A stretch of DNA of 64,000 nt from Clostridiales bacterium (GTDB lineage Bacteria > Bacillota > Clostridia > Lachnospirales > Lachnospiraceae): assembly GCA_018366495.1 (NCBI GenBank), contig JAGZHZ010000003.1:32611-96610 (forward strand). Reading direction: 5' to 3'. How positions within the stretch are numbered: position 1 is the stretch's first letter; each line of letters begins with the position of its first letter. Made by a program: the position numbers and the translations under genes. Positions 1 to 9,600 of the stretch are shown here, in pieces. Below the pieces are notes generated by a model. The model did no database searches and had not been told where the DNA came from. It worked only from the letters and a program-made list of their open reading frames with translations.

Positions 1-342
1 CGCTGTTAGTTTTTCTTCCTGTTCCTTCAGCGTCGTCTGCTGTTCTGACAGCTTGGCTGCCTGTTCTTCCAGCTTTGTCTTCTGGGAAGCTAACAGCTCA
101 TTTTGGCTTTTCAGGAGCGCTTCCTGCTGTTCTACCGTCAGTTTCTGCTGATCCAGCTCATTTGTATACTGCGCCTGCATTGCCATTCGCTCTTCCTGCT
201 CTGCAATTTTTTCATCATAGTTTTTCTGCGCTTGAAACAAAGTTACACACATAATCAATACAAACAGCATCAAAAGTCCGGCCATCATGTCAGAATAGGA
301 ACGCCATACATTAAAATTGTTTGACTCTCTGCGTTTGGACAT
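1..342 (-). CDS. MotB/OmpA-family stator-type protein, N-terminal part (partial, 3' end beyond window start)
   Basis: Reverse strand reads MSKRRESNNFNVWRSYSDMMAGLLMLFVLIMCVTLF..., an open frame to position 1. The W-x-x-Y-S-D-M-M-A-G-LL-x-x-F segment is the MotB-type plug/TM motif with the conserved Asp. It is followed by a Q/E/K-rich coiled coil. ATG is at complement 340..342 with AAAGGAA RBS, 24 nt after the MotA-like stop. The ORF track misses it because it has no in-window stop. Confidence 0.55.
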   Translation of the reverse strand, partial: MSKRRESNNFNVWRSYSDMMAGLLMLFVLIMCVTLFQAQKNYDEKIAEQEERMAMQAQYTNELDQQKLTVEQQEALLKSQNELLASQKTKLEEQAAKLSEQQTTLKEQEEKLTA

Positions 343-365
343 ATTACCATTCCTTTCTGATCTTC

Positions 366-2135
366 CTATCTAAAAAGTGAAAACTTTCCATTCTTTTGAA
401 TTGCTTTCACAAATTCCCTCATGATACTGTTCAGTTCCTCAATCAGTTCACTCTGTCTCTCGCCCTCTTCCTCAAGCACTTGCTCTAAATGCTTAATCAT
501 CTGAGGATCAAACTCCGGTGTCTGTTCCTTGGCTGCTGCAGTCTCTCTGCCTAACTGCACACGGTTTGCCGCGCCGGATACCTCAATCTGATTCAGCAAG
601 TCTTCCATATTGCGCAGAACAGTGAAGATCATATTCTGCGCATCCACAAACTCTCCGACTCTCTGGTTGTAATTGAGAATCAGTTTCTCATTTGCTTTAT
701 ATAACTCTTCAAATGCAGTATATACTTTTCCTTCTCTGTCAATAAATTCTTCTTTTAACGCTTCCAGACTTGCCATAAGATCTTTCTGAGAATCTTCATA
801 TCCTTTCAGCAGATTTACATTTGTCTTTCCGATTTCCTGAATATCACCAAATGCCTTTGAAGCAGAATCTAGGTATTTCTGCATAGTCTGGTTACATGCC
901 ACCCAGAATTTTGCTGATTTTTCTTCTGCTTCCTGCATATAAGAGACGGTATGGCGGCAGCTTTCATTCTGTGCTTCTGCCAGTTCCTGATTTTTCTGCA
1001 TCGTCTCTTCCATCGCCTGTGTATACTGCTTCTGAATATCCGTCATCTCCTTGACAATCTGTCTCATGGAGTGGTCTTCTTTTAAGAAGGAATTATTTAA
1101 TTCCACACTCAGCTGCTGGAACAGTTTTTCTGTATACAGCACATTTCGCTTCTGTGAACTTGCCATCTCTTCCACGGCTGCATTAAATCCTGCAAATTCT
1201 ATATGGAAAGATTCTCTCAGCTGCTTTAAAAATTGTCCTACCAGCTCGTCCAGAACTTCTTTCTGACTTTTTGAAATCGTAGACAGCATGACGTCAAGCG
1301 ACTCATTCATCTTCTGAAAAGCCGGTGTAATCGTCGTCTCAAAACTGCTTACAAGTTGTTTTGAAAATTCCTGAGCCATGTTCTGCATCATTTTTGTCTG
1401 TTCCTGCTGGTAAGCAAGCATTGTATTTCTGGACTCTGCTTCCGCTGAAGGAACGACATGTCTGTGGAAAATGTCCAAGAAACGCTGCAGCGTCATCATA
1501 AGACCTGAATATTCTGACTTCATACAGTAAGAATAAGACAAAGACAGAGATAATCCATAAATTGATGTCAAAAACGCCACTTTAATTCCTTCCACTAAGG
1601 AGACGACAGAAGTTGTCATTGCCTCATAGTTAGAAGGTTCAAAATCTCGAAGTCCCCATACAAGTCCCACGAATGTTCCCAGAATACCCATACTGGTCAA
1701 AATATCAGGAACCATCTCCAGCATTCTTTTTTGAATCATTCCATCAATTTCATCTGCATTGATGTAATCTTCGATATCACATACTCCAACTTTACTCCGA
1801 TACCAGTCATGCAAAAATTTTTCCATTCTTTCTTTTAATCCTTTATAGGAAAAAATTCTTCCAAGACTCTGAAAACGATTTTTCTTTTCTTCCTGATTTT
1901 CCTCTTTAATCTGCTCCAGTTTTCCTGCCGCCATATCGAGCGCGGTATTCATCTGTCCCATGCGCACCAGCCCGCCGGCTACTGCCACGATACAGATTAA
2001 AATCATAACCCCTAAAAATCCAAAGTTATATACCATCATGGAAAATGCTGCATCTGTTCCAACAAACAATGTCAATCCAATGCACGCTGCAATGACAGCG
2101 GCAAACAGCACTCCTCCAAACACTCTATGCCCCAT
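366..2135 (-). CDS. MotA/TolQ/ExbB-family proton channel with ~360-aa C-terminal coiled-coil tail (ZorA-like)
   Basis: 4-TM MotA topology: TM1-TM2, an ~90-aa cytoplasmic loop, then TM3 with the MGILGTFVGLVWGL signature and TM4. Residues ~230-589 are an uninterrupted heptad-rich helical region (Q/E/K/L). ATG at 2133..2135 with GAGAGGAG RBS. Confidence 0.6.
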   Translation of the reverse strand: MGHRVFGGVLFAAVIAACIGLTLFVGTDAAFSMMVYNFGFLGVMILICIVAVAGGLVRMGQMNTALDMAAGKLEQIKEENQEEKKNRFQSLGRIFSYKGLKERMEKFLHDWYRSKVGVCDIEDYINADEIDGMIQKRMLEMVPDILTSMGILGTFVGLVWGLRDFEPSNYEAMTTSVVSLVEGIKVAFLTSIYGLSLSLSYSYCMKSEYSGLMMTLQRFLDIFHRHVVPSAEAESRNTMLAYQQEQTKMMQNMAQEFSKQLVSSFETTITPAFQKMNESLDVMLSTISKSQKEVLDELVGQFLKQLRESFHIEFAGFNAAVEEMASSQKRNVLYTEKLFQQLSVELNNSFLKEDHSMRQIVKEMTDIQKQYTQAMEETMQKNQELAEAQNESCRHTVSYMQEAEEKSAKFWVACNQTMQKYLDSASKAFGDIQEIGKTNVNLLKGYEDSQKDLMASLEALKEEFIDREGKVYTAFEELYKANEKLILNYNQRVGEFVDAQNMIFTVLRNMEDLLNQIEVSGAANRVQLGRETAAAKEQTPEFDPQMIKHLEQVLEEEGERQSELIEELNSIMREFVKAIQKNGKFSLFR

Positions 2136-2168
2136 ATTATCACTCCTCTCTTTTTTCCTTTCGTCTTT

Positions 2169-3443
2169 TTAACCTTTTTTGCATCTTTCTGCAATTTGAT
2201 TCGCTTTTTCATAAATCTTTTCCGGATCTTCTCCTACAGAAAATTCTCCATTTTGATAAAGAATCTTACCATTTACCATTGTCAAGGCCACATTTTGTTT
2301 GCTTCCGCTGTAGACAAGGTTTTTCGTCAGATTATTAATTGGCTGCATATTTGGCTGATGCAGATCAATCAAAATCAAATCTGCCAATTTTCCTTCTGCA
2401 ATTGTATCACAGTCAAACAGCCGCATCGCTTTCGCACTTCCTGTTGTCGCCATAAACAGAACTTGATTTGCATCTACGCAGGAGGCATCTTTTTCTCTCA
2501 GTTTTGCAAGTCCTGTCGTCAGGAACATCTCACGGAACATATCAAGACAGTTATTGCTTGCTGGTCCATCTGTTCCGATTCCAATATTGATTCCCATTTC
2601 CATCATCTGCCGAATTGGTGCGATTCCACTTGCCAGTTTTGTATTGGATCCCGGATTTGTCACAACAGACATTCCTCTTTCCCGGAAAATTTTCAGATCT
2701 TCTTCATTGACCCAGACACAGTGATATCCGCCGCCGCCATAATTGAACATTCCCAGACTGTCCAGATAAGCAGTCGGTGTCTTGCCATGGCGTTCCATAC
2801 ATCCTTTTGTCTCTTCTTCTGTCTCAGACATATGTGTATACACCGGCGCATGGTACGTCTCTGCCAGCTGAGCCAGCTCCTTCATCAGCTGTTCCGACGC
2901 CGTATATTCTGCGTGAAGTCCCAGTTCAAACCGGATTAATTCATGGAAATGATTATAGTGCTCGTACCATTTCTCCAATTCCTGAACGGACTGCGAAAAA
3001 TTGTTCACTCCGCCCACCATGACGGTTCGAAATCCCATATCCACAGATGCCTGAGCAATCGTGTCCGGCGTCAGGTACATATCAAAATTGGAAGTGATAC
3101 CACTTGTCAGATATTCCAGAATCGCCAGCTTGGAAAGATCATAAATATCATCCGGGGTCAGTTTTGCCTCCATCGGAAATACCTGTTTGTTTAACCAATC
3201 AAGAAGAGGCAGGTCGTCTGCATAGGAGCGCAGAAATGTCATCGCTGAATGCGTATGTGCATTTTTAAATCCCGGCATCAGCAGATTTCCTTTTCCATCA
3301 ATCTCACAATCAAATTTTTCTTTCTCTTCTTTTGGTTTTCCTACGCATATAATACGATTTCCTTCTACCCAGACTTCTCCTTCTAAAATTTCAAATTCCG
3401 GGCCTTTCGTCAAAATCTTGACATTATAAAAACGTGTATTCAT
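2169..3443 (-). CDS. mtaD: Amidohydrolase; 5-methylthioadenosine/S-adenosylhomocysteine deaminase-like
   Basis: 424 aa. N-terminal HTH metal-binding motif (FKNAHTHSAMT) and overall MtaD/chlorohydrolase-family similarity. Confidence 0.7.
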   Translation of the reverse strand: MNTRFYNVKILTKGPEFEILEGEVWVEGNRIICVGKPKEEKEKFDCEIDGKGNLLMPGFKNAHTHSAMTFLRSYADDLPLLDWLNKQVFPMEAKLTPDDIYDLSKLAILEYLTSGITSNFDMYLTPDTIAQASVDMGFRTVMVGGVNNFSQSVQELEKWYEHYNHFHELIRFELGLHAEYTASEQLMKELAQLAETYHAPVYTHMSETEEETKGCMERHGKTPTAYLDSLGMFNYGGGGYHCVWVNEEDLKIFRERGMSVVTNPGSNTKLASGIAPIRQMMEMGINIGIGTDGPASNNCLDMFREMFLTTGLAKLREKDASCVDANQVLFMATTGSAKAMRLFDCDTIAEGKLADLILIDLHQPNMQPINNLTKNLVYSGSKQNVALTMVNGKILYQNGEFSVGEDPEKIYEKANQIAERCKKG

Positions 3444-3467
3444 TTTTTACGCCTCATTTCTTCTATT

Positions 3468-4427
3468 TTACCGTTTTCCTTTATCATAAATTTCTCCCAA
3501 AGCACGCGGTGCCTGATTATGTTTTGAGAAGAAAATCAACAGCAGCAGCGTCATAACGTATGGCAGGGTCATGACAAGGTCAGAATAACTGCTTGGCATC
3601 TGAAGCTGTTTGACAAGGAAATATCCGCCTGATCTTGCAAATCCGAAAATTAAAACAGCACCCAGCGTTGGAAGAATCTTCCAGTTTCCAAAAATCATTG
3701 CAGCAATGGCAAGATATCCATATCCCACATAAATACTGGATGAGAAATTTGCGGAGATTGAATATGCAAAACAGATTCCGGCAAGTCCGGACAGCGCTCC
3801 TGATACCATGACAGCAATCAGTCTGACTCTTCCCACATTGATTCCTGCCGCGTCCACAGCATGAGGGTTATCGCCGCACGCTCTTAAATGCAGTCCAAAA
3901 CGTGTCTTATACAGCACATACCATGCAATCACTGCTACTACAATAATAATAAATTCAAACGGATAAATCTGCTGAAAAATACCTCCAATTACAGGAATTT
4001 CAGAAAGCACCGGGATTGTGATACGCTCTGAAACACCCAGTACAAATTTATCTGATGTTGCTCCAAATACACTTTTGTTGATTGCTTTTGTCAAAAATGC
4101 AGTCAGCGCCATTCCTAAAATGTTAATTACAACGCCGCTGATTACCTGATTGGCTTTGAACTTAATACAAAGCAGTGCATGAAGCATTGCATAAACCATA
4201 CCTCCCAGCATTGCAAAGAGCAGCGCTCCATAAAATGGGATCTGTGAGCTTGTTCCAAGCCACTGCATCATAAAAACTGCAGAAAGTGCTCCGACAAATG
4301 CACCGACACCTTGCAGTCCTTCCAACGCCAGATTCGTAATTCCGCTTCTCTCAGAATAAATGCCGCCGATTGCCATGATGAATAAAGGCAGTGCAAAAGA
4401 AAGACCATCAATAAAAATCGTATTCAT
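3468..4427 (-). CDS. ABC transporter permease (BMP-family nucleoside/sugar importer, second permease)
   Basis: Polytopic 319-aa protein typical of the YufQ/NupQ-type permeases of BMP nucleoside transporters. Confidence 0.7.
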   Translation of the reverse strand: MNTIFIDGLSFALPLFIMAIGGIYSERSGITNLALEGLQGVGAFVGALSAVFMMQWLGTSSQIPFYGALLFAMLGGMVYAMLHALLCIKFKANQVISGVVINILGMALTAFLTKAINKSVFGATSDKFVLGVSERITIPVLSEIPVIGGIFQQIYPFEFIIIVVAVIAWYVLYKTRFGLHLRACGDNPHAVDAAGINVGRVRLIAVMVSGALSGLAGICFAYSISANFSSSIYVGYGYLAIAAMIFGNWKILPTLGAVLIFGFARSGGYFLVKQLQMPSSYSDLVMTLPYVMTLLLLIFFSKHNQAPRALGEIYDKGKR

Positions 4428-5522
4428 TTATTTGTCCTCCTTTCTTCTCTTTGCAATATATCGGATGTACGCGCTGCATGCGCTGAACAGAAGAATAATT
4501 CCTGTGATAACAGATACAATTTCTGCCTGTACACCAGATGTCGAACTCATATAAGTACTTCCCTTACTGATCGTTGTGATCATGAAAGAAGAAAATAAAA
4601 CTCCGATTGGATTACTGTTTCCCAAAAGTGATACAGCGATCGCATCAAATCCCATGCTCGGCAGAACTCCCGGCTGAATTGATCCATAGTATCCCATATA
4701 ATATGTGATTCCGGCAAGTCCTGCAAGCGCTCCTGATATTACCATTGAAAAAATCATTGTTTTTCCGACCTTGATTCCAGCATACTGTGCTGCTGTTCTG
4801 CTCATACCAACCGTCTTAATCTCATATCCAAGCGTTGTTTTTTTCACTAAAAAGTAGACGCAAACAGCTGCAATCACTGCCAGCGGAAATGCAAGCGGTA
4901 TATCAATTTTTAAATTTCCAATCTCCGTATTCATCATCGTCCATCGCGAAGAAGCGCTGATTGCTTTCGACTGTCTGGAAATCGGATCAACATACTGTGT
5001 CTTGATAAAAAAGCTGATAATGTACTGTGCAATATAGTTCAGCATAATGGAGGAAACGACTTCATTGATATTAAACTTATATTTCAAGAAGCCGATCAGA
5101 CCTCCCACAATGGCTCCCACTACAAGACCGATCAGCAGTGCCAATGGTTTTGCAATTCCCGCTGAGAGACTGCTGTATCCTACAATCAGAGTCGATATAA
5201 ACCCAGCTGCAAGCATCTGTCCTGAAACACCGATATTAAACAGTCCTGCCTTAAATGCCACAGCCACTGAAAGCGCTGCAAAAATCATCGGCGTCAGTGC
5301 ATTTAAAAAGCTTGTAAAGTCCGTCAGCATACTCTTATATCCCGCATAGGTAGGCTTTGGCAGGATTCCACATCCCTGCAGCAAATTCATATATGCAGTG
5401 AGCGGATTGTATCCCAGGCAGGCCATGATCAAAGCGCCTGCAAGCAAACCGATCAGAACGGCAAACAGAGGTACGGCGATCGGAGCTGTCTTATCATTAC
5501 TCAACAAATTATCTTTTTTCAT
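4428..5522 (-). CDS. ABC transporter permease (BMP-family nucleoside/sugar importer, first permease)
   Basis: 364-aa polytopic permease. Its start overlaps the ATPase stop. Confidence 0.7.
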   Translation of the reverse strand: MKKDNLLSNDKTAPIAVPLFAVLIGLLAGALIMACLGYNPLTAYMNLLQGCGILPKPTYAGYKSMLTDFTSFLNALTPMIFAALSVAVAFKAGLFNIGVSGQMLAAGFISTLIVGYSSLSAGIAKPLALLIGLVVGAIVGGLIGFLKYKFNINEVVSSIMLNYIAQYIISFFIKTQYVDPISRQSKAISASSRWTMMNTEIGNLKIDIPLAFPLAVIAAVCVYFLVKKTTLGYEIKTVGMSRTAAQYAGIKVGKTMIFSMVISGALAGLAGITYYMGYYGSIQPGVLPSMGFDAIAVSLLGNSNPIGVLFSSFMITTISKGSTYMSSTSGVQAEIVSVITGIILLFSACSAYIRYIAKRRKEDK

Positions 5523-7053
5523 GCTGTTTTACCCCCATCATAAATTCTCCTACTTCATGTGTTGTGAGAGATTTTGCATCTGCAATTTTCTGAATCTCTC
5601 CGTTATAAATTACAGCAATGGTATCGGCACAATTCATAATCTCATCCAGCTCCAGAGAAATCAGTAAAATTGCTTTTCCTTTGTCTCTCTCCCCGATAAT
5701 CTGCTTATGAATCTTTTCGATTGCTCCTATATCCAGCCCTCGCGTCGGCTGAACAAAAATCAGCAGAGAAGAATCCATTTCAATCTCTCGCGCAATAATC
5801 GCTTTTTGCTGATTCCCGCCGCTCATAGACCGGACAACAGTTTTATTTCCCTGTCCGCTTCGGACATCATATTTTTCAATCAGCTCAGAGCTGTATTTGG
5901 AAAATTCTTCCTGTTTTAAAATCCCGTTTTTAGAAAATGGTTCTTTAAAGTAGCTCTTCATTCCCATATTTTCTTCCAACATAAAGTCCAGAACCAGACC
6001 ATATCTCTGTCTGTCTTCCGGTATATACGAAATCCCTTCCAGTGTCCTTTTACGGATACTTTCATGGGTGATATCTTTTCCGTTTAATAAAATTCGTCCG
6101 CCTGCGGCTGGGAGCAGTCCTGCGATTGCATCCGCAAGCTCTACCTGTCCGTTTCCAGACACTCCTGCGATCGCCAGAATTTCTCCTGCGCGGATCGAAA
6201 AAGAAACATTTTTTACAACCTGAAAATGGTTTTCATTTTCAACACAGAGATTTTCGACTTGAAGCACAACTTCTTTAAAATCAGGCTCCTTTTTTTCTAC
6301 CTCAAATGTAACTTCTCTTCCAACCATCAAGTTTGCCATCTGTTTTGTGGATGTCGTCTTTACATCCAATACATCCACCAATTTTCCTCTGCACAAGATT
6401 GCGCAGCGGTCCGCTACTTTTTTTATTTCTTCCAGTTTATGTGTAATTAAAATAATCGTCTTGCCGTTGTCACGCAGTCCTTTTATGATTTCCAGCAAAA
6501 ATTCAATTTCCTGCGGTGTCAGAACGGCTGTCGGCTCGTCAAAAATTAAGATCTCTGCCTCCCGATATAACATTTTTAAAATTTCCACACGCTGCTGAAT
6601 CGAAACATTGACTTCACTGATCTTTTTTGTGGGATCCACTTCCAGACCATATTGTTTGGAAAGCTTTGCAATTTTCTCATTTGCCCCTTTTTTATCTACA
6701 TAAGGAAACAAACCCAAGAATTTTTTTTGCGGTTCAATCCCCATAATAATATTTTCTGCGATTGTATAGTCCTGCACTAATTTAAAATGCTGATGTACCA
6801 TCCCAATGCTTAGTTTTGTAGCATACGTCGGAGAAGCAATTTTTTCTTTTTTTCCATGAATATAAATTTCCCCTTCATCCGGCTCATACATTCCAAACAA
6901 CATACTCATCAAAGTCGATTTGCCGGCGCCATTTTCTCCCAGAAGTGCATAGATTTCACCTTTTTTGATCTGTATGGATACATCACTGTTGGCTACAATC
7001 CCAGGGAAACGCTTTGTAATATGCCTCATCTCCACAATGTACTCTTCCTGCAT
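5509..7053 (-). CDS. ABC transporter ATP-binding protein, two fused ABC domains
   Basis: Walker A GENGAGKST and a second GVSGNGQ motif. 514 aa duplicated ATPase, typical of sugar/nucleoside importers. Confidence 0.85.
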   Translation of the reverse strand: MQEEYIVEMRHITKRFPGIVANSDVSIQIKKGEIYALLGENGAGKSTLMSMLFGMYEPDEGEIYIHGKKEKIASPTYATKLSIGMVHQHFKLVQDYTIAENIIMGIEPQKKFLGLFPYVDKKGANEKIAKLSKQYGLEVDPTKKISEVNVSIQQRVEILKMLYREAEILIFDEPTAVLTPQEIEFLLEIIKGLRDNGKTIILITHKLEEIKKVADRCAILCRGKLVDVLDVKTTSTKQMANLMVGREVTFEVEKKEPDFKEVVLQVENLCVENENHFQVVKNVSFSIRAGEILAIAGVSGNGQVELADAIAGLLPAAGGRILLNGKDITHESIRKRTLEGISYIPEDRQRYGLVLDFMLEENMGMKSYFKEPFSKNGILKQEEFSKYSSELIEKYDVRSGQGNKTVVRSMSGGNQQKAIIAREIEMDSSLLIFVQPTRGLDIGAIEKIHKQIIGERDKGKAILLISLELDEIMNCADTIAVIYNGEIQKIADAKSLTTHEVGEFMMGVKQHEKR

Positions 7054-7137
7054 ATATTTATCTTCTCCTTATTTTTCCTGATCTCTGCCTCCCGGCACTC
7101 ATAATTTCTGCAAATTTTTCTTACTAAGAAAAGAAAG

Positions 7138-7187
7138 GACTGTCACAAAACAATCCAAACTGTAAATTCTTTGTTTTGAGACAGCCC
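7138..7187 (-). terminator. Intercistronic hairpin/attenuator after substrate-binding protein gene
   Basis: About 15-bp stem GGACTGTCACAAAACAA/TTGTTTTGAGACAGCCC followed by a T-rich tract on the minus strand. Typical SBP-gene attenuator in ABC operons. Confidence 0.5.
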
Positions 7188-7199
7188 TTATTTCCTGTA

Positions 7200-8393
7200 T
7201 TAGTTCAGTCCTGGAAAGTCTTCTGGAGTATATCCGTTAAAGTTTGCAGCCGGTACGATTGTTCCGTCTTTTACCAATGGATAAACCTCATCCAGTTTTT
7301 CCAGTGTATCTTCAGAAAGCTGGTGTCTTCCTTCCTCTTTTACATATCCGGTAGAATCTGTATCTGCCTTCAGCAGTGCATTTTCACCTTTAAATGTTCC
7401 CTCTACGATTGCATTCAGCTGTTTTTCTACGTTTACATCCATCACTTTTAATGCTGATGTCAAAATGATATTTGTGTCGCCGTTTGCTCCATCGTCATAC
7501 TGGTCAACATCACATCCGATTACTTTTACGCCTTCTGCTTCTTTTGCTGCTGTAAATACACCATTTCCTGATCCGCCTGCTGCTACAAACATAATGTCAA
7601 CGCCTTCAGAGATCAACGTGCTTCCGACAATCTTTCCTGTAGCTTCATCTGCAAAGCTTCCAACATAGTTTCCGCCGATTTCTGTATTTGTCACGTCTGT
7701 TCCTGCATAAGATGGCAATTCTACGATTTCTGCATCTGCTCCTAATTTTGCATTTGCATAATTAACGCCAGATTCAAATCCATACTGATAGTTTACATTA
7801 GAAGGATAAGCAATTCCATTTACAACTGCCACTTTATTTGTCTCTGTCTCAAGAGCTGCTGCAACTCCTGCAAAGAAACCGCTTTCCTGCTCTGCAAATG
7901 TCATGGCATATACATTGTCAAGCTCTACTTCTGCTCCTTCTGCATCGGTTGGGTTGGAATCTACTAAAATAAATTTTACATCCGGGTTATCCTGTGCAAT
8001 ACTTCCAATTCCTGCAAACTGGAAACCACAGCAAACAATCACATCATAATCTGCTACAATATCAGCTACTGCCTGAATAGCTGCCGCTACGTCTCCTGTC
8101 TCTTCTTTGACAGCCTGTACGGTTGCATCCGGATGAGATTCAATAAAGCTTAAAATTCCTTCATAATTATTCTGGTTAAAGCTTCCGTCATCCACGCCGG
8201 ATGGACTGCTGACAATCGCAATCTTTAATCCTTCGCCGGATTTTGTTGTTTCTTTTTCATTTTCTTTGACTGTAGCAGCTTCTGTTGTTGTTTCTGTCTG
8301 CTTTTCTGTCTCTTTCTCGTCTTTTCCGCAGCCTGCTGTCATAGCAGCCACCATGGATACGCAAAGCAATACACTCACTAATTTCTTCTTCAT
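7200..8393 (-). CDS. BMP-family (basic membrane protein/Med/TmpC) ABC substrate-binding lipoprotein
   Basis: Lipoprotein signal MKKKLVSVLLCVSMVAAMTAGC. ATG at 8391..8393 with AAGGAGG RBS (the ORF-track start at 8432 is upstream of it). Residues match the BMP nucleoside-binding family. Confidence 0.75.
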   Translation of the reverse strand: MKKKLVSVLLCVSMVAAMTAGCGKDEKETEKQTETTTEAATVKENEKETTKSGEGLKIAIVSSPSGVDDGSFNQNNYEGILSFIESHPDATVQAVKEETGDVAAAIQAVADIVADYDVIVCCGFQFAGIGSIAQDNPDVKFILVDSNPTDAEGAEVELDNVYAMTFAEQESGFFAGVAAALETETNKVAVVNGIAYPSNVNYQYGFESGVNYANAKLGADAEIVELPSYAGTDVTNTEIGGNYVGSFADEATGKIVGSTLISEGVDIMFVAAGGSGNGVFTAAKEAEGVKVIGCDVDQYDDGANGDTNIILTSALKVMDVNVEKQLNAIVEGTFKGENALLKADTDSTGYVKEEGRHQLSEDTLEKLDEVYPLVKDGTIVPAANFNGYTPEDFPGLN

Positions 8394-8475
8394 GAATAAT
8401 CCTCCTTTTTTGTGCCAAAATGCACATTCCAATGCAGGGAAACCCCTTGTACGAACACTTTTATTGTACTACGAT

Positions 8476-9555
8476 TCAATCAATCTGTAAAGCAGACTTT
8501 CTTTTTGCTTCTGCAAGACTCACTTCATAAGGAGCACGGCAGATTCCATATTCTGTCACAATTCCACTGATCAGATTGTGATCTGTCACATCAAATGCAG
8601 GATTGTAACATTTTACTTCATCCAGAGCCATCGGCTCTTTATAGAATTTACTCTTGATCTCTTCCATACTGCGCTGCTCAATCACAATGTCATCTCCTGT
8701 TTTACACGTCAGATCAATCGTAGATGTCGGTCCCAGAACATAGAATGGAATTCCATAGTGTTTTGCCAGAATTGCGACTCCGCTTGTCCCAATTTTGTTT
8801 GCAGTATCACCATTTTCGGCAATTCGGTCACATCCGACAAGGCAGGCCTGAACCCATCCGTTTTTCATCACGATGCTTGCCATATTATCGCAGATCAAAG
8901 TCACGTCTATACCGCCTTTCTGCAGCTCATACGATGTCAGGCGTGCTCCCTGCAGCAGAGGTCTTGTCTCATCTGCGAACACATGGAAGTTCATACCTTT
9001 TTCTTTTCCTAAGAATAATGGTCCCAGTGCCGTTCCGTATTTCGATGTAGCAAGAGGTCCTGCATTGCAGTGTGTCAAAATGCCGTCCCCGTCTTTCAGC
9101 AAAGACAGTCCGTACTCAGAAATCTTTCTGCACATTTCAATATCTTCCTGCTGGATTTTTTTAGCTTCCTGCTTCAGGATTTCCACCACTTCCGGCACAC
9201 TTTTTTCTCTGTTTGACAGCATGGTACGTTCCATTCTGTTCAAAGCCCAGCTTAAATTCACCGCTGTTGGTCTGGAAGAATTTAAGTATTCTTTCTCTTC
9301 TTTCATCTCCCTTTCAAACAGTTCCATCGGTTTTTCCTCTTTTGCCTTTGCAAGACAGTAATAGCAATAAGCCGCACAGATTCCAATCGCCGGCGCTCCT
9401 CTGACTTTCAGTTCAAAAATAGCATCGTACATTTGCTTTAATGTCTCAAGCTCCAGATACTCCGTCACATTCGGCAGCTTGGTCTGATCAATGATCAGTA
9501 CGCTCTTTTCCTCTTTTCCAAGAAGCACATTTTCTGTTCCAAATTCGTTTGTCAT
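8476..9555 (-). CDS. mtnA: S-methyl-5-thioribose-1-phosphate isomerase (eIF-2B alpha/beta/delta family)
   Basis: MtnA/e2B2-family similarity throughout. The ORF-track first codon is TTG. The likely start is ATG at 9553..9555 (MTNEFG...) behind GGAGGAAG. Confidence 0.8.
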   Translation of the reverse strand: MTNEFGTENVLLGKEEKSVLIIDQTKLPNVTEYLELETLKQMYDAIFELKVRGAPAIGICAAYCYYCLAKAKEEKPMELFEREMKEEKEYLNSSRPTAVNLSWALNRMERTMLSNREKSVPEVVEILKQEAKKIQQEDIEMCRKISEYGLSLLKDGDGILTHCNAGPLATSKYGTALGPLFLGKEKGMNFHVFADETRPLLQGARLTSYELQKGGIDVTLICDNMASIVMKNGWVQACLVGCDRIAENGDTANKIGTSGVAILAKHYGIPFYVLGPTSTIDLTCKTGDDIVIEQRSMEEIKSKFYKEPMALDEVKCYNPAFDVTDHNLISGIVTEYGICRAPYEVSLAEAKRKSALQID

Positions 9556-9600
9556 ATCTTCCTCCAAAAAACATATTTTGTTTTTTATTTACTGATTCTT

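Noticed and set aside
103-324. 73-aa plus-strand ORF
   Set aside because: It is antisense to the well-supported MotB-like N-terminus (conserved plug/TM motif), has no RBS and is low complexity. It is a shadow ORF.
2127-2939. Long antisense ORFs inside strongly supported genes (e.g. 2127..2939 +, 13952..14662 +, 16356..17066 +, 45388..46041 +, 28622..29221 +)
   Set aside because: Each lies opposite a gene with clear family motifs. They are Cys/His/Phe-rich low-complexity translations typical of shadow frames, with no RBS.
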